Part shown: piece by piece, positions 1 to 8,398 of the stretch
Position numbering within the stretch: position 1 is the first letter of the stretch
How the letters are laid out: every line of letters starts with the position of its first letter
IMG/VR virus record: IMGVR_UViG_3300025133_000081
Length of the DNA: 20,000 nt
From: an uncultured virus (IMG/VR IMGVR_UViG_3300025133_000081)
Lineage: Duplodnaviria > Heunggongvirae > Uroviricota > Caudoviricetes > Crassvirales
Strand: one strand, 5' to 3'
The notes under the pieces: generated by a model
The model's database searches: none
Seen by the model: the letters and a program-made list of their open reading frames with translations, nothing else
What the model was told of the DNA's origin: nothing
Position numbers and translations under genes: made by a program

Positions 1-152
1 GTGATCTGAATAGTGGTCTTGGTCAACAGACTGATACTGAGTATGAAGAAGATTGTAAACTTCTGAATCTTGATATCATATTAGGAAAAGAGTTTATGGG
101 AAACAATCCTGTAGACGTATTTAATTATGTAACAAAAGGAGTATTTTCATGA
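1..152 (+). CDS. 3' end of hypothetical protein (truncated by window edge)
   Basis: Frame starting at nt 3 is open (DLNSGLGQQTDTEYEEDCKLL...KGVFS) to TGA at 150-152, which overlaps the next ATG (ATGA). Confidence 0.7.
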   Translation, partial: DLNSGLGQQTDTEYEEDCKLLNLDIILGKEFMGNNPVDVFNYVTKGVFS

Positions 153-1090
153 AAAAAATAGGATTATGGTTTTTCTCAATGTTATTTCCAGATCTATATC
201 ATGCATATCTAAGTAAAAAGGACAAGTCTTCTCTTCCTTTTGAAGCAGATACTAAAGATCTAGGAGATGGAATGAGATTGGGACAACATGCAATATCAAG
301 TGAACCACATGTACTGAAAGCATTGGAAGATGTAGGTGTACTTGATAAAAATAGAGAAGAAGGAGAAGCTTTTATGGCAATTGCTTTTAATACCAGTAGT
401 AAGAAAGAATTAGAGATCTTTCATACCAGGTTAAAAGCTATTGCAAAACATCTTTCTAATTCCAAAACGTATGAGCAAGCTTTAAAACAGGCTAAAAAGT
501 TACTACATATAGCAGATGATCTGAAAGGAACAGCTGAATATGGAGATGCTGCTCGACAGATGGATGATGAAAAGAGAGAAAGTGTATTCAATCTTAGTGA
601 AGAGAAGAGAACTCAGTTAGCTGAATTCTTTGCAAGTGTTATTTCTAAAGCACCTATTCATGTAAAGAAGTCTATTGAAAGACCTTTAGGTAATGAAGAC
701 AAATTAGGATCATTGAAAAATGGTAAAAATATGTTTGAAGTACTGAATGTAGGAGATGAATATAAGACTACTCTTATTAAGACTATCATGAATTCTTATA
801 TGGATACCAATGATTGTGCAGTATGTACTAGAAATATACTGGATCTTGGTCTATCTTATAAGGAGGCATTGATCGGTGGAATGTTGATCAGTAGCTTGAA
901 TAGATTTGTTGATACTATTGACAAATTTACTAATACAGCTAGTATTGAATTTCAAGAGATCAAACGTGAAGAGTTGAATAGTCTTCTTCGGATAGGAGCT
1001 GCATATTCTATGGGAATAGAGTTTGGAGAAAGTACTGAAGAAGATCTAGCTATGGAGGTTAAAAGATATCTTAACGTTAAGATCATATGA
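149..1090 (+). CDS. hypothetical phage protein (313 aa)
   Basis: Long ORF with ATGA overlaps at both ends; no recognisable motif. Confidence 0.8.
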   Translation: MKKIGLWFFSMLFPDLYHAYLSKKDKSSLPFEADTKDLGDGMRLGQHAISSEPHVLKALEDVGVLDKNREEGEAFMAIAFNTSSKKELEIFHTRLKAIAKHLSNSKTYEQALKQAKKLLHIADDLKGTAEYGDAARQMDDEKRESVFNLSEEKRTQLAEFFASVISKAPIHVKKSIERPLGNEDKLGSLKNGKNMFEVLNVGDEYKTTLIKTIMNSYMDTNDCAVCTRNILDLGLSYKEALIGGMLISSLNRFVDTIDKFTNTASIEFQEIKREELNSLLRIGAAYSMGIEFGESTEEDLAMEVKRYLNVKII

Positions 1091-1602
1091 AATCTCCTCT
1101 AAAATGGTTACCTACTATGCCTATAAAACATACTACTAAAGAAAATTTAGGAGTATGTTTAGGTATAGGTAGCCAATTGGAAGCAGCAGAAGAATTCTTA
1201 TTGGCATATTTAGCTCATTTAGATAATTATCTAATAAAAGGAGAGTTAAAGATGATCAATCTTAAGAGTGTTCCGCTTGCCTTCCTTACAAATTATAGTT
1301 ATTCTTCTATGAATCAGGTAATTCTTTTGAATTTTATGGTTCATAGTATAATAATTGGAAATCCCGATGCTAGTAAAATACTTGCTATTATCGGACGTAC
1401 TCCTGAGCATATTAAATTACTTAGGAGAATTATTGGCGCAGATCTTTATAATGCTTATCAAGATAATGATTTACAAGATGAGATTGTACCTGAAATAATG
1501 GCACATCTAAGTCCTTTAAAAGACTTTGTAATGACAGGATCACCGATAAGTGAAAAAGAGATCAAGCCTATTATGTATTTAATAGATGAAGCAAGTAATT
1601 AA
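1087..1602 (+). CDS. hypothetical phage protein (171 aa)
   Basis: ORF coupled to upstream gene by ATGA overlap; no recognisable motif. Confidence 0.75.
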   Translation: MKSPLKWLPTMPIKHTTKENLGVCLGIGSQLEAAEEFLLAYLAHLDNYLIKGELKMINLKSVPLAFLTNYSYSSMNQVILLNFMVHSIIIGNPDASKILAIIGRTPEHIKLLRRIIGADLYNAYQDNDLQDEIVPEIMAHLSPLKDFVMTGSPISEKEIKPIMYLIDEASN

Positions 1603-1921
1603 AAAAGGTGACAAGGTCATCTGTACTCAGACATCCATTATTGAAATCCCTATGTACCTATCTAAAAGAAGGATAGTAGTACATAGGGATCTTATTCTTG
1701 GAGAAGAGACTATTAAAGAGTCTATAAAAAGAGAAAAAAGCAATGGTAGAAAACCTTCTATCTTTGTCCCTATTCTAATAGTGAATAGGGTTTATAAAGG
1801 AGCTGATAATAAACAATATATTCAGTTTGAAAATGGGAGAAAAACTCCTATCAAATATCAGTTACATCATGTGCATTCAGCACATAAATTCAGATTGGTA
1901 AATGAACCAGATCGTAAATGA
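1586..1921 (+). CDS. hypothetical basic protein (111 aa)
   Basis: Overlapping ORF in the gene chain; N-terminal KKGDKVIC resembles starts of small SH3-like phage proteins (weak). Confidence 0.7.
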   Translation: MKQVIKKGDKVICTQTSIIEIPMYLSKRRIVVHRDLILGEETIKESIKREKSNGRKPSIFVPILIVNRVYKGADNKQYIQFENGRKTPIKYQLHHVHSAHKFRLVNEPDRK

Positions 1922-2135
1922 ATTTCATAATAGAATCACTCGAACTAAAAAAGGTTGGGTGTTGAAGAGAATTCGTAATAATTTTGCAATAGATAAATCA
2001 GAATTTAAGAAGACCTTTAAAGAAAGGAAAGAGCTTAAATTACTTAAACATCATGCAAATATTATGATGAGAAAAGAAGATAGTGGGTATACCGCTAAAA
2101 CTTATAAATGGAAAACAATTAAAATAATTGGATAA
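1902..2135 (+). CDS. hypothetical basic protein (77 aa)
   Basis: K/R-rich ORF; stop overlaps next start (TAATG). Confidence 0.65.
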   Translation: MNQIVNEFHNRITRTKKGWVLKRIRNNFAIDKSEFKKTFKERKELKLLKHHANIMMRKEDSGYTAKTYKWKTIKIIG

Positions 2136-2641
2136 TGGCTACAAAAACAGAAAAAACTATTGCGGATAGTATTCCGTTATATGACACAAATAAAATGCAA
2201 ACAATATTGAAAACTCTTTTAAATAAAGGGTGTTCAGTTATATTTAATAGTAATACAGGATCACATGCTTTTGAATTGGGAATACCTTATCAGATCGATA
2301 AAGTAACTCTTCAATCTAATAATATCTTACAGATAACAGCTCATCAAATAAGTGCTCCTGATAGAAATGGATTGTATAATGTAAATCCCAGTGATTTTAA
2401 GATACTTGGTATTCATAGAGGAGCTTTAGATAATGCTATAGATGGATTACAAACACAATTAACTACTTTAAAAGGTCTTCAAGAACGACTTGATGACTTA
2501 GGACTTTCTGATTCCAATTCTTACTTTGATCTACGTAAAGAGATCATTAGAAATATCTTAGATCGATCTGAACAGGGCGATATAGATAAAGAGACCAAAT
2601 TAAAATTAATTGTAGAATTAACTGATGCATTCGTAATGTGA
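2135..2641 (+). CDS. hypothetical protein with probable coiled-coil segment (168 aa)
   Basis: Heptad-like LDNAIDGLQTQLTTLKGLQERLDDL; followed by a terminator hairpin. Confidence 0.75.
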   Translation: MATKTEKTIADSIPLYDTNKMQTILKTLLNKGCSVIFNSNTGSHAFELGIPYQIDKVTLQSNNILQITAHQISAPDRNGLYNVNPSDFKILGIHRGALDNAIDGLQTQLTTLKGLQERLDDLGLSDSNSYFDLRKEIIRNILDRSEQGDIDKETKLKLIVELTDAFVM

Positions 2642-2644
2642 TCC

Positions 2645-2680
2645 AATGAGAGAGGGGAAGTTGTCTCCTCTCTCATTTTA
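2645..2680 (+). terminator. intrinsic terminator-like hairpin
   Basis: Perfect 11-bp inverted repeat AATGAGAGAGG (2645-2655) / CCTCTCTCATT (2667-2677) ending in a short T run, just after the 2641 stop. Confidence 0.75.
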
Positions 2681-2694
2681 CTAATATTTATACT

Positions 2695-2907
2695 ATGAGA
2701 CAGATTAAAGAAAAGAATTTCACTATTATCAAGTATTCCCAACTTTCTGAAGAAGAAAAGGATGCACATACTTGGATCGATACAGAAGAAATGTACACAT
2801 ATGTACCTTTTACGGTACTTGACACTCAAGATGATCCATTGAGTCAGAATTTATTGTTTGAAAATATTGTCCAATACGGAGAAACTGTACTAATATACAA
2901 AGACTGA
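2695..2907 (+). CDS. small acidic hypothetical protein (70 aa)
   Basis: ORF after the terminator; contains TWIDTEEMY and ends LIYKD, loosely like the downstream array members. Confidence 0.65.
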   Translation: MRQIKEKNFTIIKYSQLSEEEKDAHTWIDTEEMYTYVPFTVLDTQDDPLSQNLLFENIVQYGETVLIYKD

Positions 2908-3065
2908 TGTTAAAATTATTTAAAAAATTCACATTTAAACGATCTACCCTAAAGCATAGACTTCCAGCTAACTATAAATGGAAAGGTACATTAGGTAGAA
3001 ATCAAACTATTTTTCGTTTAGAAGATAAAAAAAGAAAAAAAGATGAAACAAAATTTGGAAAATAG
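2907..3065 (+). CDS. small basic hypothetical protein (52 aa, not in ORF track)
   Basis: ATG overlaps previous TGA (TGATG); reads MLKLFKKFTFKRSTLKHRLPANYKWKGTLGRNQTIFRLEDKKRKKDETKFGK-TAG and fills the gap. Confidence 0.5.
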   Translation: MLKLFKKFTFKRSTLKHRLPANYKWKGTLGRNQTIFRLEDKKRKKDETKFGK

Positions 3066-3561
3066 AGATGTTTTAGGTATATTTGTTAATTATCTGGGAA
3101 AAGATATCTTTGTAAACACTTATGGGATCACGATCGAACAATTTGATCTTGATTTCATAACAGCTGCTTATTATGAGAGAGCAGAAATATTTGCTCCAGA
3201 GGGTACAATTAATGTCTCTTTAATAGAATGTAGTGTAATTCTTAAGGAATTAAGTCATATTACCAAAGAAGATATTCAAACAGTAGCTGATATACTGGAA
3301 ACAGATTTTAATAATATTAAAGCAACTATAGGTTTGATCAGATTTGGTTTAGAAGAGGAAGTTCCTTTTACACTTATTAGAGAATTATCTAGACTTGGTT
3401 ATGCTGTTCCTTATTTTGGAAAATCTTTATTCAGTCTTGGAATAGCCATTAAAGAAGAAGACATAAAAAATATAATTGAAAAAGCAGATAAAAAAGATGA
3501 AGATATTATCAAAAGAGTGCAGTCCGCAGAGACAGAAACGGCTAATCCTGACCCCTGGTAA
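3043..3561 (+). CDS. hypothetical phage protein (172 aa)
   Basis: ILKELSHITKED and LSRLGYAVPYFGKSLFSLGIAI resemble, from memory, an uncharacterised Bacteroidota-phage family; not verified. Confidence 0.75.
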   Translation: MKQNLENRDVLGIFVNYLGKDIFVNTYGITIEQFDLDFITAAYYERAEIFAPEGTINVSLIECSVILKELSHITKEDIQTVADILETDFNNIKATIGLIRFGLEEEVPFTLIRELSRLGYAVPYFGKSLFSLGIAIKEEDIKNIIEKADKKDEDIIKRVQSAETETANPDPW

Positions 3562-3592
3562 AAGACTTCCAAAAAATTGGGAGCTAACTATA

Positions 3593-3721
3593 ATGACTGC
3601 TAATGCAATACATTTAGTAGATTCCATGTGTACTATCTATAGAATACCAACAAGTAATCGAAAAAAAGCATATTTTTGTGGAATGATAGTTATAAATGAT
3701 ATAAATTTATATAAACGTTAA
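3593..3721 (+). CDS. small xKR-array protein 1 (42 aa from ATG 3593)
   Basis: MTANAIHLVDSMCTIYRIPTSNRKKAYFCGMIVINDINLYKR; the track's TTG start at 3476 overlaps the upstream gene, so ATG 3593 is preferred. Confidence 0.55.
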   Translation: MTANAIHLVDSMCTIYRIPTSNRKKAYFCGMIVINDINLYKR

Positions 3722-3723
3722 AT

Positions 3724-3957
3724 ATGGAAGTTTTACAAAGAACAGTTCAGTTACTTTTACCACAGTATGAAGACGATAAAAATATACCTAATTATACTTC
3801 TATCATACATGAAAATTATCTATATATGGATACATATAATGAAGGTTCAGATAGTTATTTTATACATGATAATAAATCTTTTTTTGCCTCTCAAGAAAAA
3901 AATAAAGTATATGAAATTAAGGTAAAAAGAGAAAAATGTAAACGATATAAAAGATAA
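3724..3957 (+). CDS. small xKR-array protein 2 (77 aa)
   Basis: YLYMDTY motif; ends KRYKR-TAA. Confidence 0.7.
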   Translation: MEVLQRTVQLLLPQYEDDKNIPNYTSIIHENYLYMDTYNEGSDSYFIHDNKSFFASQEKNKVYEIKVKREKCKRYKR

Positions 3958-4130
3958 AATGGCAATAAGATCGAATTCTCCAATTACTATAGATGATACA
4001 AATAATTATCAGACCATAACTCCAACTAGAATTTATTGTGATACTTATGGGTGTACAGAAAGTTATAAGATAGGTAATGAATCATGTTTAATGATTATTA
4101 TAAAAAAAATATATAAAAGATAAAATGGCA
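3945..4130 (+). repeat. exact 20-bp direct repeat ATATAAAAGATAAAATGGCA at gene junctions (3945-3964 and 4111-4130)
   Basis: Both copies read directly; degenerate copies at about 3709, 4292, 4489, 4680 and 4898. Confidence 0.85.
3959..4123 (+). CDS. small xKR-array protein 3 (54 aa, not in ORF track)
   Basis: Translated by hand: MAIRSNSPITIDDTNNYQTITPTRIYCDTYGCTESYKIGNESCLMIIIKKIYKR-TAA. Confidence 0.7.
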   Translation: MAIRSNSPITIDDTNNYQTITPTRIYCDTYGCTESYKIGNESCLMIIIKKIYKR

Positions 4131-4304
4131 GTAATTACATCACATAAAATAGCTTTGGATTTTTTAGATGAAAAATATAATCAAAGTTATAATTTATTCA
4201 CTTTAAAAAAAATTTATTTTGATACTATGCATGGTCCTGAAAGATATAAACTTAAAGATAAATTCTCTATGGATGTATTAAATAAAAAAATATATAAGAG
4301 ATGA
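4125..4304 (+). CDS. small xKR-array protein 4 (59 aa, not in ORF track)
   Basis: Translated by hand: MAVITSHKIALDFLDEKYNQSYNLFTLKKIYFDTMHGPERYKLKDKFSMDVLNKKIYKR-TGA; ATGA overlap with the next ORF. Confidence 0.7.
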   Translation: MAVITSHKIALDFLDEKYNQSYNLFTLKKIYFDTMHGPERYKLKDKFSMDVLNKKIYKR

Positions 4305-4501
4305 AACGACAACACCCAAGATATATAACAATACGTGACGGTGCTACTGCTATGGTCACTAGTACAAAACTATTCTTTGATACTTATAATAAAAATGAAA
4401 ATGCTTTTTTAATATACATGCATACTAAAAAAGATCTTGCAGGATGTAATGCAATATCTAATATAGATATATATGAAAACCTTTATAGATATAAAAGATG
4501 A
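4301..4501 (+). CDS. small xKR-array protein 5 (66 aa)
   Basis: KLFFDTY motif; ends LYRYKR-TGA with ATGA overlap. Confidence 0.7.
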   Translation: MKRQHPRYITIRDGATAMVTSTKLFFDTYNKNENAFLIYMHTKKDLAGCNAISNIDIYENLYRYKR

Positions 4502-4692
4502 TAAATGAAAAAGGATTATACTTAAAAACAGCATTAAAATGTCCAGATGTAGTAATACTTATGTTTGCTGAAGGACAGGTTTATTGTCAAGATTATTATG
4601 GGGATTATCTTCCTTTTTCAGGTGATGATTCTACACATTGGGGAATAGTTACTATACGATATAAACATGCTCCTAGAATAGCAAAAAGATGA
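4498..4692 (+). CDS. small xKR-array protein 6 (64 aa)
   Basis: QVYCQDYY variant motif; ends RIAKR-TGA with ATGA overlap. Confidence 0.7.
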   Translation: MINEKGLYLKTALKCPDVVILMFAEGQVYCQDYYGDYLPFSGDDSTHWGIVTIRYKHAPRIAKR

Positions 4693-4910
4693 AAGAATCA
4701 ATTAATTATGCATTAAAGGTCTCTTCAAAAGAGAGGAAAAAGAATCAAATAAAAAACACTTCTTTATTACAAAGAAGTATGTTAGCTGCAGATCAAATAT
4801 TATATTTGGATAATTTTCATAATGAAAGATATTATATAGAAGGAGCAGATAGTATTACTACAATACTTTATTACGTAGAATTTAATAATTTAAAAATATG
4901 TAAAAGATGA
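4689..4910 (+). CDS. small xKR-array protein 7 (73 aa)
   Basis: ILYLDNF...ERYYI motif; ends KICKR-TGA overlapping the polA ATG. Confidence 0.7.
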   Translation: MKESINYALKVSSKERKKNQIKNTSLLQRSMLAADQILYLDNFHNERYYIEGADSITTILYYVEFNNLKICKR

Positions 4911-6805
4911 TACATCTTATTGTAGATGATGTTGGTCTGAGTTTTATGCATGATCTAATACATGATGCAGAAATCTTACAGATAGATACAGAAACTACAG
5001 GATTTGATCCACATTCAGACAAGATCTTAACTTTACAGATCGGTACAGAAGATGGAGAACATCAATATGTTCTTGATGCTTCTAAGGTGGATATGGGTCA
5101 TAAAGATATTAAAGATCTACTAGAAGAAAAGATCTTGATATTTCAAAATGCTAAATTTGATCTTCAGTTTTTATTTAAGATCGGAATTTGGCCTACTAAA
5201 ATAAGAGATACATTCATTGCTGAATGTGTTCTTACTACAGGATTAAAAATAAGAAGTCTAGGATTAGATGCCTTAGCTTTTAAATACTGTGATGAGGTAC
5301 TTGATAAAAGTATCAGAGCTAATATACATAAAGAAGGTCTTACTGATAGAGTAGTAAGATATGCTGCAGATGATGTAAAATTCCTCAACGCAATATATGA
5401 GGCTCAACAAAAAAAGATCCAATCAGAAAAATTGGAAAGAGTATTATCTTTAGAAGAACAATATGTAAAAGTACTTGCTTATGCTGAATTCTGCGGATTT
5501 GGAATTAATACAGAAGCTTGGAAAAAGAATACAGATATTTTTAAAGATAAATTAGAGATACATAAAGAGAGAGTAACCGAATGGATACATGAAAATCTCT
5601 CACAATATAGAGATACTCAATTGGATATGTTCAGTACAGAGAATAAACTTAATATAAGTATAGACTCTGCTAAAGACATGACAGGAGTATTTCAAGACCT
5701 TGGAATAGATACACAGATAACTTTCAAGGGAAAGACAAAAGACACGATCGAAGCAAAACATCTGAAGAAGTTTAAAAAAACTACTCCACTCGTAGAAATT
5801 TATATGGAGTATTCAGGTGTTCGAAAGCTAGTAACCACTTATGGTGAAAGCTTTTTAGATTATGTCAACGACACGACAGGGAGATTGCACAGTAGTTATT
5901 GGCAAATTCTAAATACTGGTCGAATTTCTTCTTCTGATCCTAATTTACAGAATATACCTGCTGACGAGGAGATAAGAGGCTGTTTTATAGCAGAAGAAGA
6001 TAACACTTTAATCGTAGCTGATTATTCAGCACAAGAAACAAGAGTACTAGCAGATATGGCGAAAGAGCAGAACTATATAGAATTTTTTCTAAATGGTGAT
6101 GGAGATTCGCATTCTATGGTAGCTTCTAGAATGTTTACAGAGATTGAAGGAAAACCAGTAGTCGTGTCAGGAACACAGAATACAGACTTAAGACAAATCG
6201 GTAAAATACTATCATTTCAGATAGCCTATGGAGCGTCTGCATGGTCTGTAAAGGACTCTTTCAATATAAGTGAAGAACGTGCTCAGAAATTCATAGATGC
6301 TTACTTAGACTCGTTCCCTGACCTTAAGAAATACTTTGAGAAAAGGAAAAGAGAAGTGATCGCTAAAGGATATCTGGTAACTGATCCCATTACCCTACGT
6401 AGAATTTATATGGGGGGGTTTGAGCGGTTTCAGGAAGTAGCTAAAGAGAGAAGAGCAATATATGATGCTGGTGAAAGACCTTCTAAGGAACTTACCAGAG
6501 AATTCTATAGTATGAAAGGAGCATTTGAAAGAGCTGCTCTGAATTACCCTATACAGTCTGTATCAGCTAGTATGATGAAACTAGCAGGAGTAAGATTGTT
6601 TGATTGGATTTTGAAGAAAGGATATCAGAACAAGGTTAAGATCGTATCATTTATACATGACGAGACCTGTTTAGAATGTCCTAAGGACATGGCTCAGGAA
6701 GTTGCTGATGCCGTACAGGACTTTATGGAGAATTCTGCAAAGGTCTTCTGTAAGACCGTCCCTATTCCTGCAAAACCCAATATAACTAAATTCTGGAAGA
6801 AATGA
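4907..6805 (+). CDS. polA: family A DNA polymerase (3'-5' exonuclease + polymerase, no 5'-3' exonuclease)
   Basis: ExoI DTET, ExoII QNAKFD, ExoIII YAADD; TGRISSSDPNLQNIP; motif A ADYSAQE; motif B RQIGKILSFQIAYG; motif C FIHDE. Confidence 0.97.
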   Translation: MIHLIVDDVGLSFMHDLIHDAEILQIDTETTGFDPHSDKILTLQIGTEDGEHQYVLDASKVDMGHKDIKDLLEEKILIFQNAKFDLQFLFKIGIWPTKIRDTFIAECVLTTGLKIRSLGLDALAFKYCDEVLDKSIRANIHKEGLTDRVVRYAADDVKFLNAIYEAQQKKIQSEKLERVLSLEEQYVKVLAYAEFCGFGINTEAWKKNTDIFKDKLEIHKERVTEWIHENLSQYRDTQLDMFSTENKLNISIDSAKDMTGVFQDLGIDTQITFKGKTKDTIEAKHLKKFKKTTPLVEIYMEYSGVRKLVTTYGESFLDYVNDTTGRLHSSYWQILNTGRISSSDPNLQNIPADEEIRGCFIAEEDNTLIVADYSAQETRVLADMAKEQNYIEFFLNGDGDSHSMVASRMFTEIEGKPVVVSGTQNTDLRQIGKILSFQIAYGASAWSVKDSFNISEERAQKFIDAYLDSFPDLKKYFEKRKREVIAKGYLVTDPITLRRIYMGGFERFQEVAKERRAIYDAGERPSKELTREFYSMKGAFERAALNYPIQSVSASMMKLAGVRLFDWILKKGYQNKVKIVSFIHDETCLECPKDMAQEVADAVQDFMENSAKVFCKTVPIPAKPNITKFWKK

Positions 6806-7107
6806 TTCCTAGATTTCGTGTTAAAAGTTTATCCAGTGGGGATGAATATGATGTTGTAAAAATAGAATATAGTTTAGTAGATGAAAATAGTTGGTCTGTA
6901 GAATATTTAGAACATGGTTATGTTAATAACGTAGTTATGTCAAGTAAACATATTCTAAAAGAATTTACAGGTGTATATGATAAGAATAATAAACCTATTT
7001 ATACGTATGATACGTTAAAAGATAAAAAAGGTAAAGTATTTACATATAATTATATGAAACCAGCTATTCTTGAAACTTGTGAAAAGATAGATGATGAAGG
7101 ATCCTAG
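6802..7107 (+). CDS. YopX-like phage protein
   Basis: N-terminal MIPRFRV and KEFTGVYDKNNKPIYTYD match the YopX pattern (xxTGxxDKNGxxIYxxD). Confidence 0.75.
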   Translation: MIPRFRVKSLSSGDEYDVVKIEYSLVDENSWSVEYLEHGYVNNVVMSSKHILKEFTGVYDKNNKPIYTYDTLKDKKGKVFTYNYMKPAILETCEKIDDEGS

Positions 7108-8287
7108 AGAAAGGATACAAGAAGAAGCATTTGCACAATGGAAAGACAAAGGAGAAAAAGGAACAATACAGGCAATTACTGGTATTGGGAAAACATTCAT
7201 AGCTTTAAAAGCTGTAGCAGAAATGGATCCTAATGACAGAATACTGTTTTTAGCAGAAACACGACAAAGAGAAAGAGACTTTAAGAAAGAAATAGATAAA
7301 TTCAGTGACCTATATGGAGTAGATTTCACTGAATACAATATAGAAATAATGTGCTATCAAAGTGCTTATAAAAGAAGAGGTATGACCCATGATCTTGTTA
7401 TCGCAGATGAGATCCATGATTCATTGACACCTAAATACTCCAGATATTATGCGAATAATACATATTATAAGATAATGGGGCTTTCAGCTACTATTGATGA
7501 TGGTGAAATATGGTTCTCTGAGGATCGTAGTACTACCAAACTCAAGATGTTATCTGAAATTGCTCCTATATGTTATATATATAATATAGAAGATGGGCAA
7601 CGAGAGGGTACTACACGACCATTAGATGTATTTGTTTTACATCATAGGTTAGGTACAGTTCGTAATGTATTGGCAGGAACCAAGAAAAAACCGTTTATGA
7701 CCACTGAACAAGGGTCATATGAGTATTGGGACAAGCGATTCAAACGATCATTCTTTGTTGAACCCGATAAGAGGGAACTACAAATGGCTCTGGCATCAAG
7801 AAAAAGAGCTGCTATGTTATATACCCTACCATCTAAAGTAGTAATGGTAAATAAACTCCTAGAGAATCTCAAAGGAAAAACTCTGATCTTTGGAAACGAT
7901 CTAAAAGCTTTGGAACAAATTACAAGTAATGTTGTAAGGGCTGCAAGAAAAGGTGAAAAAGTTAAAGAGATTGAAAAAAGAAATGAGAGGATCCGAGAAC
8001 AATTTGATAAAGGAGAAATAGATGTAATAGCTTCATTTAAGATGCTCAAACAAGGAGCAAATTTAAAAAATGTAGATAATGTTATAGTAATGTCCTATTA
8101 TGGAAAACAAAGAGATCTTTTACAAAGAATAGGTCGTCTTCGTAAAGAAGGTAATAAGATAGGTACTGTAATAATACCCGTAACAGTAGGAACTCAGGAA
8201 GTGAAATGGTTTGAATCAATGACAGACGGTATATCATTGAATACAATTCCATGTCTCTCCCTGGATGAACTTATATCAAAACTATAA
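7091..8287 (+). CDS. superfamily 2 DExH helicase
   Basis: Motif I AITGIGKT, II DEIH, III SAT, V MLKQGANL, VI QRIGR. Confidence 0.93.
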   Translation: MMKDPRERIQEEAFAQWKDKGEKGTIQAITGIGKTFIALKAVAEMDPNDRILFLAETRQRERDFKKEIDKFSDLYGVDFTEYNIEIMCYQSAYKRRGMTHDLVIADEIHDSLTPKYSRYYANNTYYKIMGLSATIDDGEIWFSEDRSTTKLKMLSEIAPICYIYNIEDGQREGTTRPLDVFVLHHRLGTVRNVLAGTKKKPFMTTEQGSYEYWDKRFKRSFFVEPDKRELQMALASRKRAAMLYTLPSKVVMVNKLLENLKGKTLIFGNDLKALEQITSNVVRAARKGEKVKEIEKRNERIREQFDKGEIDVIASFKMLKQGANLKNVDNVIVMSYYGKQRDLLQRIGRLRKEGNKIGTVIIPVTVGTQEVKWFESMTDGISLNTIPCLSLDELISKL

Positions 8288-8398
8288 CCTTGACCAATTA
8301 AAAAAACAAATTTTTTAAAAAAATGTAAGTCAAGAAAAAATAATTATAGCAAGATAAGGTCCAGTGTTAGTGATGAAATAAGGTTAACCCTTATTATA

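Noticed and set aside
3476..3592. TTG start for the first array ORF
   Set aside because: Overlaps 86 nt of the upstream gene; ATG 3593 is more parsimonious, although it gives the shortest member.
3707..4910. Junction repeats as a CRISPR array or integron attC sites
   Set aside because: Repeats are short, degenerate and non-palindromic, spacing is 165-235 nt of coding sequence, and no cas or integrase gene is present.
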